A DNA stretch of 64,000 nucleotides, taken from contig NC_043012.1 in the NCBI RefSeq assembly GCF_006345805.1, forward strand, positions 46,934,001 through 46,998,000, read 5' to 3'. The first letter of the stretch is position 1. Every line of letters begins with the position of its first letter. This DNA comes from Octopus sinensis (lineage: Eukaryota). This document shows positions 25,761-39,689 of the stretch, one piece after another. The position numbers and the translations under genes are program-made. The notes under the pieces are model-generated. The model saw nothing but the letters and a program-made list of their open reading frames with translations. It did no database searches and had not been told where the DNA came from.

Positions 25761-26330
25761 GCTTGCATATACTCACACACATATATAACCACGCATACAT
25801 ACATACTCATTCATATAGTGTACTGTTCCGCTAATAGTAGGAACAAAAGTACTCCATCCAGCGAGAGATGAATATCATTTAATAAAAGAAAAACATAATT
25901 AAGAGCAACAATAAATATCATACCGTGATATGAGCAACAATACATTTCATACTGAGATAGTACAGTACACACGCGAACATTTATAGTGCCCTGTACATTA
26001 TCCTTTAAGATATCTGAGTTAAAATGGGGAAAGAATGAGAAAGAAACAGGAAATGAAAAAAAGAGAAAAAGAAAAAAAAAGAAAAGGAAAGATTCGAAGG
26101 AAGGAGGGTAAGAGGTGTATGTTATTGACGTGTTAGGATGACAATTGACAACGGTTGAAAGGGTTAATTCGACGGAAGAAAATTAAGATTTTAAAGACAG
26201 TATGCTAATTCTAGAGACACTGGTGTCATCCAGTTCGATAGTAGAAACTTGTTGATATACTTGCTTTTTCCGAAAATTTCTGATCTCAGTCGTCTTAATA
26301 AATGTAAAAAGAATATATATATATATATAT

Positions 26331-27824
26331 GTCCCTGTTGTCCCAGTTTTCAAAAAAGGAAACAAATCGCTTACCGTGAATTACCGTCCAATCTCACTCA
26401 CCTCTCATATAATTAAGGTATTTGAGAGAGTGCTGAGATCGCGTATGACTCACTTCCTTGAGAGTCATAATATGCTGAACTCCAACCAGCATGGATTCCG
26501 TAATGGGAGAGATTGCCTGACGCAGCTGCTGCATCATTTTGATGACATTTTGAGAGCCTTGGGAGAGGGTTCCAACACTGATGTCATCTACCTTGATTTC
26601 AGCAAGGCCTTTGACAGGGTTGAGCATAAGATCCTTCTGAGAAAGCTGTCCAATATTGGTGTCACTGGAAAGCTGCTGCAGTGATCAAGTGCTTCCTGTC
26701 TAACAGAACCCAACATGTTGTAGTCGAAGGAGTCAAATCCAGCCCAGCCAAAGTCAGCAGTGGTGTCCCACAAGGCACTGTGTTGGGCACACTTCTCTTC
26801 ATCATCTACATAAATGATATTACTGACACCATCAAACACAGTAACATCAGAACCTTCGCTGATGATTCCAAGCTCCAGAAGGTCATCAATGGTGTGGATG
26901 ACCGAATAAGCCTCCAGTCAGACCTACTGGCTGTTGTCCAATGGGCGGAAAAGAATAACATGTTGCTAAATGAAGACAAATTCGAACTGATACACTTTGG
27001 AAGGGAGAACGCTCTGAAACTCCCATACTCTCTTCCTTCTGGAGAAATTCTCATGGCATCCAACAACATCAGAGACTTGGGAGTAACAGTGGACAACAAC
27101 ATAAGCTGGGCTACACATATAAGCAGCAAAGTTGACATGGCCCGCAGAATGTGTTCTTGGATTCTCAGAACCTTCCAGTCGAGAGATTCCCACACTATTA
27201 TCCTTCTCTTCCCCACTTTTGCCGACCCCAACTTGAATACTGCTGTCCACTGTGGTCTCCCTACACAAAACAAAATATTATTAGAATTGAAGCTCCCCAA
27301 AGGTCAATCACAAAAAAGATAGATGGCATGTCAGACCTTGACTACTGGGGTTGACTAGAGAAGCTGAAACTGTATTTACTCCAACGACGCCGTGAACGCT
27401 ACACTATCTGTATGATGTGGAAAATATTCCATCAGCACTGTCCGAATGATGTTGGCATCGCCTTCAAAATACATCCAAGGCTTGGACCACGTGCCATCCG
27501 TCCACAACAAAAATCTAAATCGCATCACATAACGAAAATACGGCACAACTATTTCACCTCAATTGGACCCGCTCTCTTCAACATTACACCAGGACACGTC
27601 AAAAAAGAAACTGACCACACAAAATTCAAGAAGTCTTTGGACAAATTCTTTCAAACAGTCTCGGACAAACCACCCACACCCGGATATGTCTCCGCAAACA
27701 ATAACTCTCTGCTCGAATGGGCTTTGGTGCCCAAATCCTGACTTGAAAGACTTCGCCAGGTGGTGTTATTGAGTTAGACATGGCCTGGGCCAATACTGGC
27801 CAAAACCTTTCTAAATTATTCTAA

Positions 27825-27828
<4 letters not shown>
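26331..27828 (+). mobile_element. 5'-truncated CR1-group LINE (RT to 3' end), lightly disrupted
   Basis: VPVFKKGNKS..NYRPISLTS, QHGFR.GR.CLTQLL, YLDFSKAFDRV.H, SGVPQGTVLG.LLF.IYIND, FADD at 26855-26866, PQLEYCCPLWSP. TGA at 26682-26684 where Trp is expected; frameshift near 27215. Confidence 0.9.
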
Positions 27829-27908
<80 letters not shown>

Positions 27909-27925
27909 ATGTATGTATATATATA

Positions 27926-28133
27926 TAGTTAATCCAAACAAGAAAGCACAAAAAAACACAACAACGCGAGGACGTGGAACAAATATCGTATTATTGGACG
28001 CTCAGGAAAGAAGGAAAGAAGGAGGGTTTAACGTTTCGAGCGGAGCTCTTCGTCGGAAACATAGGAGAAGGACAGATCCAGAGAAGGGAAGACAGAGGAA
28101 AAAAAATCGCCAACGGTACACACGAGGTCACAT
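27926..28133 (-). mobile_element. ~205-bp non-coding repeat with hammerhead-like motif, copy 1
   Basis: Reverse-complement match to 51045-51253; flanked by (TA)n/(GT)n. Confidence 0.75.
28026..28060 (-). ncRNA. Hammerhead-like motif, CCGACGA core variant
   Basis: GUUU-CCGACGA-A-GAGC(UCC)GCUC-GAAAC-GUU-AAAC; identical motif at 51115-51149. Confidence 0.55.
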
Positions 28134-28139
28134 TTTGAA

Positions 28140-28295
28140 AGACGACGGGCGTCTCTCAGTTTCAGTCTACACAATCCACTCACAAAGATTTGTTCGGCCC
28201 GAGGGTATAGGAGAAGACACTCGCCCATGGTGCCACGCAGTGGGACTGAACCAAGAACCATGTATTTGGAAAGCAAGCTTTTTACCAAAGAGCTA
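28140..28295 (-). mobile_element. SINE family A, 5' half
   Basis: GCCACGCAGTGGGACTGAACC and AATCCACTCACAAAG match family A. Confidence 0.75.
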
Positions 28296-28324
28296 CCTCT
28301 GCGCCTATATATTAAAAATTTTTT

Positions 28325-28915
28325 TTTTACTTGTTTCAGTTATTTGAATGCTGCCAAGCGGGAGCAACGCATTTAGTCGAACAAATGGAACCGGACTTAT
28401 TCTTTGTAACTCCAGTACTTATTCTATCGGATTTTTTTGCCGAATCGCTAAGTTACGAGGACGGAAACTCATGAGCATTGGCTGTCAAGCGATGGTAGGG
28501 AGACAAACACAGGCACACACACATAAACACACATTATATACATACCTACACACACACACATTCACATACATGTATACCAGAGTAATCACATAAGTGCAAA
28601 ACAAGGTGGAAAAAATAGTACTCGAATACCAGAAGTAGAGTACTATGATTTATTAAAAAGCAGCAGAAATATCACAAAACTCTTAATAATAGATTTTGCG
28701 ATATTTTTGCTGCTTTCTACTAAAGTATATATGTATACACACACATGCACGCACACACACACACATACACACACACACACACATACACACATATATCTAT
28801 ATATACGACGGGCTTCTTTCAGTTTCCGTCTACCAAATCTATTCACAATGCTTTGGTGGACCCTAGGCTATAGTAGGGGGCACTTGCCCAAGATTCGCCA
28901 CGGTGGGAGTGTCCT
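28325..28915 (-). mobile_element. SINE family A interrupted in its central repeat by a ~160-bp insert
   Basis: Tail half 28325-28530, unrelated insert ~28575-28730, head-proximal half 28800-28915. Confidence 0.7.
28657..28716. repeat. 23-bp-arm inverted repeat (hairpin)
   Basis: AAAGCAGCAGAAATATCACAAAA versus TTTTGCGATATTTTTGCTGCTTT; one G-T, one A-C; 14-nt spacer. Confidence 0.85.
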
Positions 28916-29058
28916 GGGCCAATATATATATAATTCTTTTGCTTCTTTCTTCTTCCCTTTCGGCTTTCCTGCTTTTATATCAATACTTTGTTTGTGCTAC
29001 GCTCTCACGTTTCTTTGTGTTTTTCTGTTTCGTTTTTCCTTGTTGTTTTTTCGTGTTT

Positions 29059-29110
<52 letters not shown>

Positions 29111-30592
29111 ATATATACATATATGCATATATATACATACATATATATATATATATGTATATGTATTTGCATATATATCCACACATGCATATATATATGT
29201 ATATATATATACATATATAGAACGTATATATATATATGCATATATATACATACATATATATATGCACACTCACGTAAACAAAAAATTATACTGGCGTACC
29301 CATAGATTAACCTATATTCATGCCCATTATGTATATACATCATGTATATGTGTGTGTGTGTGTGTGTATATGAATACACACATGGACACACACACACATT
29401 GTATATATGTACATATTTATACATATATACACATGTGTTTGTATGTACATTTATTGACATGTGTATACGCAACACATTTTATCGGAAGTAGTGAAAATTC
29501 AAAAATTCGTAAATTTATTATCAATCACATTTGCTGATATTAAAACTGAACACAACACATTACACAGGTTTTATTGAATTTATTGCAATTTCGGTTCTTT
29601 TGAGAAATAAAATTAGTTTATTATCAATTGCTTCAAAAGGATATAATTCATTGTAATATATTCGATAAATAACGATATAATTTGTCTCTCATTGTTATAG
29701 TAATTCAGTAAACAGGAAAATATTCCTAACGATCACAATTTTCAATATCTAATTTATTTGCACTAAATGAGTAATTATATTACCTAGTTAAAACACGTCA
29801 TTTATGTAAGAAACAATTCCAATAAAATATATGTCAATGTACAAAAATATAAAATGTATGTGCCATGTATACACGCAGAAGCACACACATACACACACAC
29901 AAACACACGTACACACACACTCATATGCGCACGTATATATTTAAAATTATTTACGTGCTTGTGTGAGTGCGAATGGATATGCCCATATATGTATCAGTGA
30001 AGTTTGTGCTTCTGATAACATGACTCGCGATACAGTTTTAAAAGATAGCAAGAATGACAATAAAGGCTGCCAAAAGAAAGTGGCCGTAATTTTTTTTAAC
30101 GCGACGAATTTAATGCGAAGCATGTTTTAATTTTGAATAAAAAACAAAAAACAAAAAACAGTTGCGAAGATATTGCATATGAGATGACTCGATGAGACAG
30201 GAGAGTATCATTGTAAAGATACATGGCATCTTAATTGTACAATTAAAATCGCTTTCTACCTCGAGCTGGTACGCAAGTACGGTACGAAAAAAGATAACGT
30301 GCTAGTGAATTAGTAATTAGCATAGGTATCTTTACCTTTTCTAAATGAATATGCATCACAGATACTTCCATTACGCGTAGCGAGCTAAACGTAACCTGGA
30401 GAGGCAATTTCATGCTGTCCAACAATGTCATTGGGCACTGGACGGACGGACGGACCGATAAAGGTGCTTGGGATTTGGTTCGGACCAGACTTTCAGGTGG
30501 GACGAGGTGAGGAACAATGTAGCCAGTATCACCTAGAAATGGGCTGCAAGGAATCTGTCACTGAAAGATCTGGCAGAGGTGGCGAATATGTA

Positions 30593-32210
30593 CAGTTGCG
30601 GCCAAAATGTTCAGAGCGGCATAGTTTTCGCCAAAAAAGTAAATGTAATTTCTTTTCAAAGTTGTCCTATATTCTATAATTCTCACAGATAATATGTACA
30701 ATATTATTTGTTATTGTCTGAGATTTTGGTGTAATTTGAGAGGATAATACAAAAGTTATGGATGATATAGTGATTTACTGCAAAACGTATAGCGGCCAAA
30801 ATGATCAGAACGGTTGCTTTTACCCCGTGTTTTAGTATATTTAACCAGCGAACTCTAATGTTTTGAATTTGTTTACGTGACAGTTCGTTTACTAAACATT
30901 AGTAAGAATATCTGCAGTGTACTTTGTTAATATAATGCCACTTACTCCGTTACCAATTCGTCAGCAGATTATTAAGCTTCGAAAGAAGTATAATTTAAGT
31001 ATTGGGTCTATTGCAAAGATTGTTAACAAGTCAAAAAGTGTTGTTCACTGTATTCTTAAGGTCCACGATGATTATGGTTCGTGTGAAGCAAGAAAGTCTA
31101 CAGGTAGGCTAAGAAAAACGACCAAGATCGTGCTATGGTAAAGTTGGTTAAAAAGGACAGATTTAAAACCGCTGCTGCTGTTTCTCGGGAAATGAGCATT
31201 ATACTGGAGAAAACTGTATCTCGAAAAACTGTGTCTCGTCGTTTAGTTGAACATGACCTACAAGCAAGAGCACTTGCAGTGAAGCCACTGATCAGCTCCA
31301 AAAATAAAAAGTGTTGTCTTACCTTTGCAACCGAACATGTGTTTTGGTCTCAAGAAAAATGGCAAACGGTGCATTTCAGTGATGAATCTAAGTTTATGCT
31401 ATTTGGCTCACAGGTGGGAAAAGTTGGTCGAAAAGTAGGTGAAAAATTGTCGCCTAAATGCCTTGAGACTTGTGTTAAAGTCGGTGGAGAAAGTGTCGTG
31501 GTTTGAGGGATGATATCTGGAGATGGTGTGGGCCCTTTGGTGCGATTACATGGAAAGGTAAATGCAGGAGTTTATAAACAACTTGTAAAAGATCATGCCT
31601 TGCCTGTGCTGAGAAATTCATCTAGGCGACCACCCATATTCATTCAAGACATTGCCCCATGTCACGAAGCTAAGGTGGTCATGAACTGCCCCAATGCTGA
31701 AAAGGTTATTGTTATGGAATGGCCTGCTCAAAGCCAGATCTCAATCCTATTGAAAATGTGTGGAATATTCTAGGAGAACGTTCGAAAGCCAGAAATCCTA
31801 AAACAACTGAGCAGTTATGGAATGCCCTTCAGGAAGAATGGAATAAGATCACCCAGCAAGAAATTGAAAATTTAATTTCCTCATGCAGTCGAAGATGTCA
31901 GAGTGTGATTGAAGCTAAATGGCTTCACACTAAATATTAAATAATTCCAGTATTCCCTCTCATTTTTGATTATTTTGTTATTTTTTCAACCGTTCTGATC
32001 ATTTTAGTCGCCATGGGTTTTGCAGTAAATCACTAAATCATCCATAACTTTTGTATTATCCTCTCAAATTACACTAAAATCTCAGACAATAACAATTTAT
32101 ATTGTATTTATTGTCTGTGAAAATTATAGAATATAAAACAACTTTAATAAAGACTTATACCTACTTTTCTGACTAAAACAATTCCGTTCTGTACATTTTG
32201 GCCGCAACTG
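30593..32210 (+). mobile_element. Complete Tc1 transposon, IR/DR type, 1618 bp, TA TSD
   Basis: 224-bp TIRs (30593-30816, 31987-32210) starting CAGTTGCGGCCAAAATG, each with outer and inner direct repeats (CGGCCAAAATG.TCAGA.CGG). TA at 30591-30592 and 32211-32212. Confidence 0.95.
30935..31940 (+). pseudogene. Tc1 DD34E transposase, disrupted
   Basis: HTH N-terminus, FSDESKF, QDIAPCH and PDLNPIEN with 34 residues between the second D and E; C-terminal ...HTKY*. Frameshifts ~31130 and ~31735; TGA at 31504-31506 in place of Trp. Confidence 0.92.
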
Positions 32211-32809
32211 TACGTTACCACCGTGATGTACTACCACCTCACCATCATGTCGCATGTAAGACAGTCCATAGTGAAGATTGACCTGCCGTCTTCGTTTAGC
32301 CAGGAAGGGCAGGCAATTTTCCTCTGTCTGGTAGCAGTAGCGAAAGAGGTTGTACGGTGGACCAGGTTAAAAGGAATGAAGACAGACACTTTTCACTTCG
32401 GCCAATCCCTCTTCAACTTTTTCAAATTTCACTCAGAAAGTTATTCCCTCCAGTACATTTGCTGGAAATGGGTGAATGTTGTCAAAATTGCCTGTGTGAG
32501 GGGATCTGCGCTAATAGTGCAGCTGTAGGCTGGTGAATTTGAGAAAGAGAGGTGTACCCTTCCCGAGTACGCTCGAAGCGTCGGGTGTTTCAGGATTGAT
32601 GGGGTACCTGAGCCAACCCTGGGAGGCCATCATCACTATTGAGCAAATCTCATTCTTATAGTTTTCTTATTTAACGTTTATTGTTATTGCTTTCCTAATT
32701 GTTTACTCGTTGCTTTGTGTAAAATCCCAATGTCCCTGCCTACTGTATTGTCCCCTATAAGTCGGTCCTAGTGGCCAATAAGTGAAAAAAAATTAATAAT
32801 AATAAGAAA

Positions 32810-33589
32810 TTGCATATCGCAGCTCCAGAAAAACTAATTATTCTCAAATATCCAGAGGCAGTTCTTAAGGGCTTCGGAGTAAATACAGAAGATAATACAC
32901 CTCCCGAAGTAGATGAAACCCACTAATTTTGGAATAACATCTGAAGGCAAGAAGTTTCCAACAACTACGGTGCTAAGTGGATTCATTCCGTGAGATCCGA
33001 ACTCCATCACCCGGAGGCTCTATGACAGGTGCATAACGACAAAGGATGTCATCACACAGGTATCAAAACTGCCAAACTTGGAAGCAGCTGGACCAACGAC
33101 AAGGCAACTGGCTCAAGTAGTTTCAGTCAACACACAAGAGAAATGCGTTGCAATTAGACAATTGCCTACAGAGTAGTGCAGTTCCGGTGTGGGTTGTAGA
33201 GAGGAAAACAACATTCTTAATGAAAGGTCGGTCAAAGGGCAATGAGGTTAGCAATTACCCACCTATTGCTTGTCATAACCTCTTATGGAAAGTATTAACA
33301 GGTTTCCTCGTTGGGAAAATATATACGTTCCTTGCGGAAAATAAACTATTGCCCGATGAAAAAAAGGCAGCTATGAACATCAAACATAAAGGTTATCCCT
33401 ATTGTCATCAGAGCATTGGGTTCAATACCATTCAATCTGAAAAAATTCTCTACAATCTAGGTGTATTGCAAAATTCGGTATTACTTGGACCTGCAGGCAT
33501 ATTGCGTAAAGTACTGACAAACAGTAAAAACACCCGGTAGACACAATATCTTCAATCAACCTCACGATATCTTATACTGTGCGTCATCT

Positions 33590-33590
<1 letters not shown>
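32810..33590 (+). mobile_element. Internally deleted R4/Dong-like LINE
   Basis: VPVWVVERKTTFLMK..SKGNEVSNYPPIAC.NLLWKVLTG..LAENKLLPDE (RT start) fused at ~33370 to KVIPIVIRALG and LQNSVLLGPAGILRKVL (extreme C-terminus); (AAT)n follows. Confidence 0.8.
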
Positions 33591-34760
<1,170 letters not shown>

Positions 34761-35099
34761 GTTTTCCCCTGCTTCGATACAGACTTGGTGACTGATCAAA
34801 CATCAGGTCAAGTACAGCCTATCACTGTCAGTCTTTGGCCGGAAGTCTCCGTGTACAGCCAGCATATTTCTGGTCTTTATATCCATTTTCTTCATTTCTC
34901 TCTCTTGCCTTTTATAAGTCCCAAGTTACGCTATCATCCACATTAACTGCTTTGATTTTATTCCATCCAGAAGGTAAATATTTTATTCCTCCAGAAGGTA
35001 AAGAAACAATAAGTAGAGTGTCGAAATAGTGATCCTTCGATAATAGTTGCACTCTTCCTTTACCTTCTGGAGGAGTAATATTAATCCGTAAATATTAAT

Positions 35100-35140
35100 T
35101 AAATGGTAATGATAATAATGATGATAATAACAACAACAGC

Positions 35141-35237
<97 letters not shown>
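35100..35237. repeat. (AAT)n/(ATT)n inverted microsatellite junction
   Basis: 35144-35190 and 35191-35237 are perfect reverse complements. Confidence 0.95.
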
Positions 35238-35238
<1 letters not shown>

Positions 35239-35948
35239 CTTCTTTTATTAGCCACAAGGTATCACAAAATGTAACATTAAAAGATATGCAAGAGCCTTTC
35301 TCCTTTAATTCCCTTTTTTTACAGATGCACGCTCAGAATTGGTCTTTTCACACTGGCCACTATTCCAACATTCAAAAATCTTTGAACAAACTTTCTAGAA
35401 GGCAAAACTACCCTCTCTTTTCTTCAACTTCCTTTTCAAGTGAAACTTGAAAAATTTGATGAGGGCTTGGCCAAAGGGGAAAGTGTTTGTCTTTAGCCCT
35501 TTCAAACAGCCCACCATACTACCTCTTTCGCTACAGCCACTAGACAAAAATTGCCTGCACTTCCCTGTCACAAGGGGGCGGCGGAGCAATCTTCACAATG
35601 GATTCAACTAATTGCCGGTCCGTCCTACACGTAACAGCAGATGTTCGACATGAACCCACAAGTCGGCAATACTTGGGCACTGGGATAGGGTGTGCAGAAC
35701 CGTTTCATCGTCGTGGGCGTACCTCAGGCATGCCCGGCTAACAGCACTTCCGTGTATATAAAGTTTCTCTCGAACAGGTCGCGCCCCTCATTAGCAATGC
35801 CAGGCCAGAGAATTCTGAAAGTTATCCATAGGCCTAGAACCGAAAGTTTTTCGAAACAGAGCGGTTAGTTGATCCTCATCGACGCCCAGAATTTCCCTGG
35901 GAACGTCGTTGCACTTTCCCTCCACAAACCCTCTATTGAACGTTAGAA
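35238..35948 (-). mobile_element. Tx1/L1-like LINE 3' fragment
   Basis: RGFVEGKC.DV..EILGVDEDQLTALFRKTFG..PMDNFQNSLAW and LKGLKTNTFPFGQALIKFFKFHLKRKL (paralogous to 32350-32450); ends GGCTAATAAAAGAAG(AAT)n. Confidence 0.7.
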
Positions 35949-36011
35949 CAACATCATCATCAACAACAACAACAACAACAACAACAATATCAACAACAAC
36001 AACAACACCCA

Positions 36012-36085
<74 letters not shown>

Positions 36086-36539
36086 AATATCATTATTATT
36101 TCGGATACGATAAATAATGCAGTAGCTAAACACTAGGGTAGATGTAATCGATTAACTCCTGCTCTAAATTTAATTGCTTTTTGTCAAAATTTGAAGACAT
36201 TATAATTTATGTATTTGTTTTTGTTGATGATGATGGTGATGATGATGATGATAATGATGATCTTGTTGGTAATGGTAATGATGATGATTACGACAATGAC
36301 GATGATGATGATGATGATGATCACTATCATCATCATCATCATCATAATCATAAGTTATTGTTGTTGTCTATCGTTATGCGTCATGACTAGCAGTTTATCT
36401 ATATAATACCATATCTAGGCAAAGCAAATGATCTTAAACATTCCATAATTTTTTCCATGTATTTGTAGAGCTAATTATAAATCGATAAAATATCGATTGC
36501 ATTTGTTAACGTAACTGCTGCACACACATATGTACATGT

Positions 36540-36560
36540 ATATACACACACTCACACACA

Positions 36561-36606
<46 letters not shown>

Positions 36607-36635
36607 ATGTACATATATATATATATAATATATAC

Positions 36636-36687
<52 letters not shown>

Positions 36688-36829
36688 TCATGTAATATAT
36701 ATACACACACACATATTGTTTGACTCTTATTTCTAGCAATGCTGCTGCACCCATATCCAATTTAGTGAAGATTGTCTTTGTGCCTTTTAGTTTTCGAATC
36801 GCGACTAACCATTTTAATAATTTACAGAC

Positions 36830-36925
<96 letters not shown>
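36540..36925. repeat. Compound (CA)n/(TA)n region with ~90-bp pure (CA)n
   Basis: Direct reading. Confidence 0.95.
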
Positions 36926-36928
<3 letters not shown>

Positions 36929-37589
36929 AACACTTCCTCACATGTTTGGTGTCTTCATAGTATCTCATGTTATGCTAATATGGAGTATGAAAGCTAAAAT
37001 AGGATGATAGAATAAGTAAAACTACGAGAAGAATGAAGGATGTAAAAGAGGAAACAGTGGAAACAATGGGAAAGGAAAGCTACAGGGGAAAATAAAATGT
37101 GGTCGTTTATATTCGGTTTACATCCTCTTTGATCTTGAAACCATAATATGACCGAATGGATCGGGGTTAGAGACTGCAATACGGCTGTTCAATCCGGAGA
37201 GGGTTGAAATCCTCCATATTTTTTATATCCACTGAGTATGGATAAGTATAGTTCAGTAAATTAAAAAATAGCACTGTTTCCGTATTGAGTGGCTGTACCG
37301 CAGATTCTAGGCCCCTAGTCATTCAGCCTCATTATGGCTTTTCGGTCAACGGAACAGGGAGCTTTCCTTCGTATCCTTGTTTAGCGTTCCTCTACCTTTC
37401 TTTTTCCAGTGGTAACATTCCACTTTTTACATCTACTTTCTTCTCACTGTTTCTTGTATTAATTGCATAGGTTAGTTACTTGCTCAATCTGTAGTATTGG
37501 TCTGTCATAAGTTCTAGGAGTCCTAAGCAGAGTTTAATTAGTATGTATGACGTATAAGTCACTGAGTTTACAGTAACCAACCTTGAGTG

Positions 37590-37755
37590 GGTTGGTTACA
37601 GTGCAAACCTCCCAGCTATTGCTGGAATTCATTTAGAGCTGCGTGTGGAAACAATGGGAAATGACGTGTTTTGTTCAGGAATATGGCATACAACCGGTCT
37701 AGGAATCGAAAACATGACCTGACGATCGTGAGTACAAATGCCTAAAAATTAGGGT
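37590..37755 (-). mobile_element. Diverged tRNA-derived SINE with CORE-like body
   Basis: Minus strand ..TACTCACGATCGTCAGGTCATGTTTTCGATTCC (B-box-like), then CCTGAACAAAACAC.TCATTTC..CAGCTCTAAATGA. Confidence 0.45.
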
Positions 37756-37899
37756 TAAGAAATGAGGAAAATAAATTTTTATCAAAACTTGCATATTTCC
37801 TTTTATATGAAACTGCACTTTCTCTAAATAACCTTACTCGTGGAATATATTGTTAAGACTAACTAAATACATTATTTGTAATGACTATTTTAGTAGGAA

Positions 37900-38260
37900 T
37901 TATTAATCTGTTCTTCAAAAGTCTACATCGTTGTTACTCTCATCTCTCTAAAGTAGAGTATATTGACACCGCTTCCGGATTTTCTAATACCAAAGAAAGC
38001 CTTCATCAATTCCGAAGCCATTTGTCCCTCCCAACTGATCACCAACGCAGCTGTTCCAGAAAGGGAACGAAACTTTGGAAAATCTAATTCATTACTACAC
38101 AGGTATTTCAGTTCTCGCGCGCGACAATGACGAAAAGAGGTTATCAGTTTTGCATCGGGGTCTGAATTCAGACTTGAAGGAGCCGGAACAAATACCAAAA
38201 GGGCATTTATTCGAATATTTTACTACTGTTCCAATTCGCCGCCTCGACCGCTTCCTATGC
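37900..38260 (-). pseudogene. pogo/Tigger-like (CENP-B HTH) transposase relic
   Basis: Broken frames GSFKSEF.., RELKYL and GRDKWLRN..RLSL.LENPEAVSIY resemble the KDWLRGF..R..LSLR.PEATS segment. Confidence 0.45.
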
Positions 38261-38499
38261 ACGGAAAATTTGAGCATCAATTTTATACGTTATATTGTTG
38301 GATCTGTATTTAATTAGATCTTTTACAAGTCATTTACAATTCAGTGGCGCCAATTTTATGTGAAGACATATTGAAAGCTGATACAAATTTAAAATACTTA
38401 AATGTCGGAAACGCTTAATACTTAAATACTTCTCTTTTAGTTAAATGGCTCAACTAATATTCACCAAGATATTTTTAGGCAGTGTTAGTTGGTGTACAT

Positions 38500-38536
38500 A
38501 CATAAAAACATACATACGTACATATACATATATGTA

Positions 38537-38584
<48 letters not shown>

Positions 38585-38668
38585 TATATATATATACATG
38601 TATACATATATATATATATATATATGAATATATATATATACATGTATACATATATATATATAATATAT

Positions 38669-38720
<52 letters not shown>

Positions 38721-38830
38721 CATTTATACACACGTAAACACATACACACACATATATTTATGCTTACTGAAACACACATATGCATACATGTATATCTATA
38801 TTAGCGCGCAGACGCACACACATACACTCA
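38500..38830. repeat. (TA)n-rich compound microsatellite
   Basis: Direct reading. Confidence 0.95.
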
Positions 38831-39184
38831 CACACACTTTTATCTGTGTGATTCTCATAAGCACACAAATATATGGTATGTTAACATACTCCATTTATAA
38901 TTTTTATTTTTGAGGTGAGTAGTGTTGTTTAAGTAATATGTATTGATTATTTGTATGGAATATGTTAAATAGATTACTATATTATATGCTGTGTAGTTTT
39001 GTGGGTGGATCCCGGGAATCTGCATTCATTCAAGGAACCGGGACTGAATTTTTTTTGTGTAGGACGTAAACCTGTTGCTAATTGAATAAATGAACGGTGA
39101 GTAGTTGGAGAAGGAAATATGAAGAGTTCCCTTTAAGCCCAAATGTTCTGGCTCCAGATGATGCTAATATATAGGGATCATTAG

Positions 39185-39400
39185 GGCGGTGAGATGGCAA
39201 AATCGCTAGCACGCTGGGAAAATGCTTAGCGGCATTTCGTCCGTATTTACGTTCTGAGTTCAAATTCTGCTGAAGCCAACGTTGACTTTCATCGATTTGG
39301 AAGTCGATAAAAAAAGCACCAGTTAAGCAGCTGGGTCGATGGTAATCAACTTTACTCCTCCCACGAAACTTTTGGCTTATTACTAAAATTTGAAATCGAT
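39185..39400 (+). mobile_element. SINE family B monomer
   Basis: Head GGCGGTGAGATGGCAAAATCGCTAGC, B-box GAGTTCAAATTC, core CTTTCATC...GTCGATAAAA..GCACCAG as in 47665-48250. Confidence 0.8.
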
Positions 39401-39689
39401 ATATATGGATGATTTTCATGCTGAATACTTCGATATAGTTCAGTTGTGATTCATTTATGGTGCCACCTACTCCTTGAAATCTACGTTTGAATGTGATATT
39501 GCTGAGCTAAACTAACCGCGTAAAAAATAAATTGAAAATCACGTGCAATTAGGATGTTTAGTAATTTGCTCATTCGATGCAAATTATTGAAACAAATTTC
39601 CATTTACTTCCACTAAATTGAAATAGCTAAGAAAACTGCAAAGGTTAATAATTTAGCCGCATAGAATAAACACTTTCAAGGGAAATGCC

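Larger units (their letters stand above)
30398..32800 (+). mobile_element. Tx1/L1-like LINE relic, split by the Tc1 insertion
   Basis: WTDGPIKVLGIWFGPDFQV and KWAARNLSLKDLAEVANMY continue as VTTVMYYHLT after removing 30593-32212. The C-terminal segment is homologous to 35395-35589. Ends GGCCAATAAGTGAAAAAAAA(TTAATAATAA). Confidence 0.7.

Noticed and set aside
28707-29537. Longest ORF in the track (276 aa)
   Set aside because: Mosaic of SINE sequence and dinucleotide repeats; no domain.
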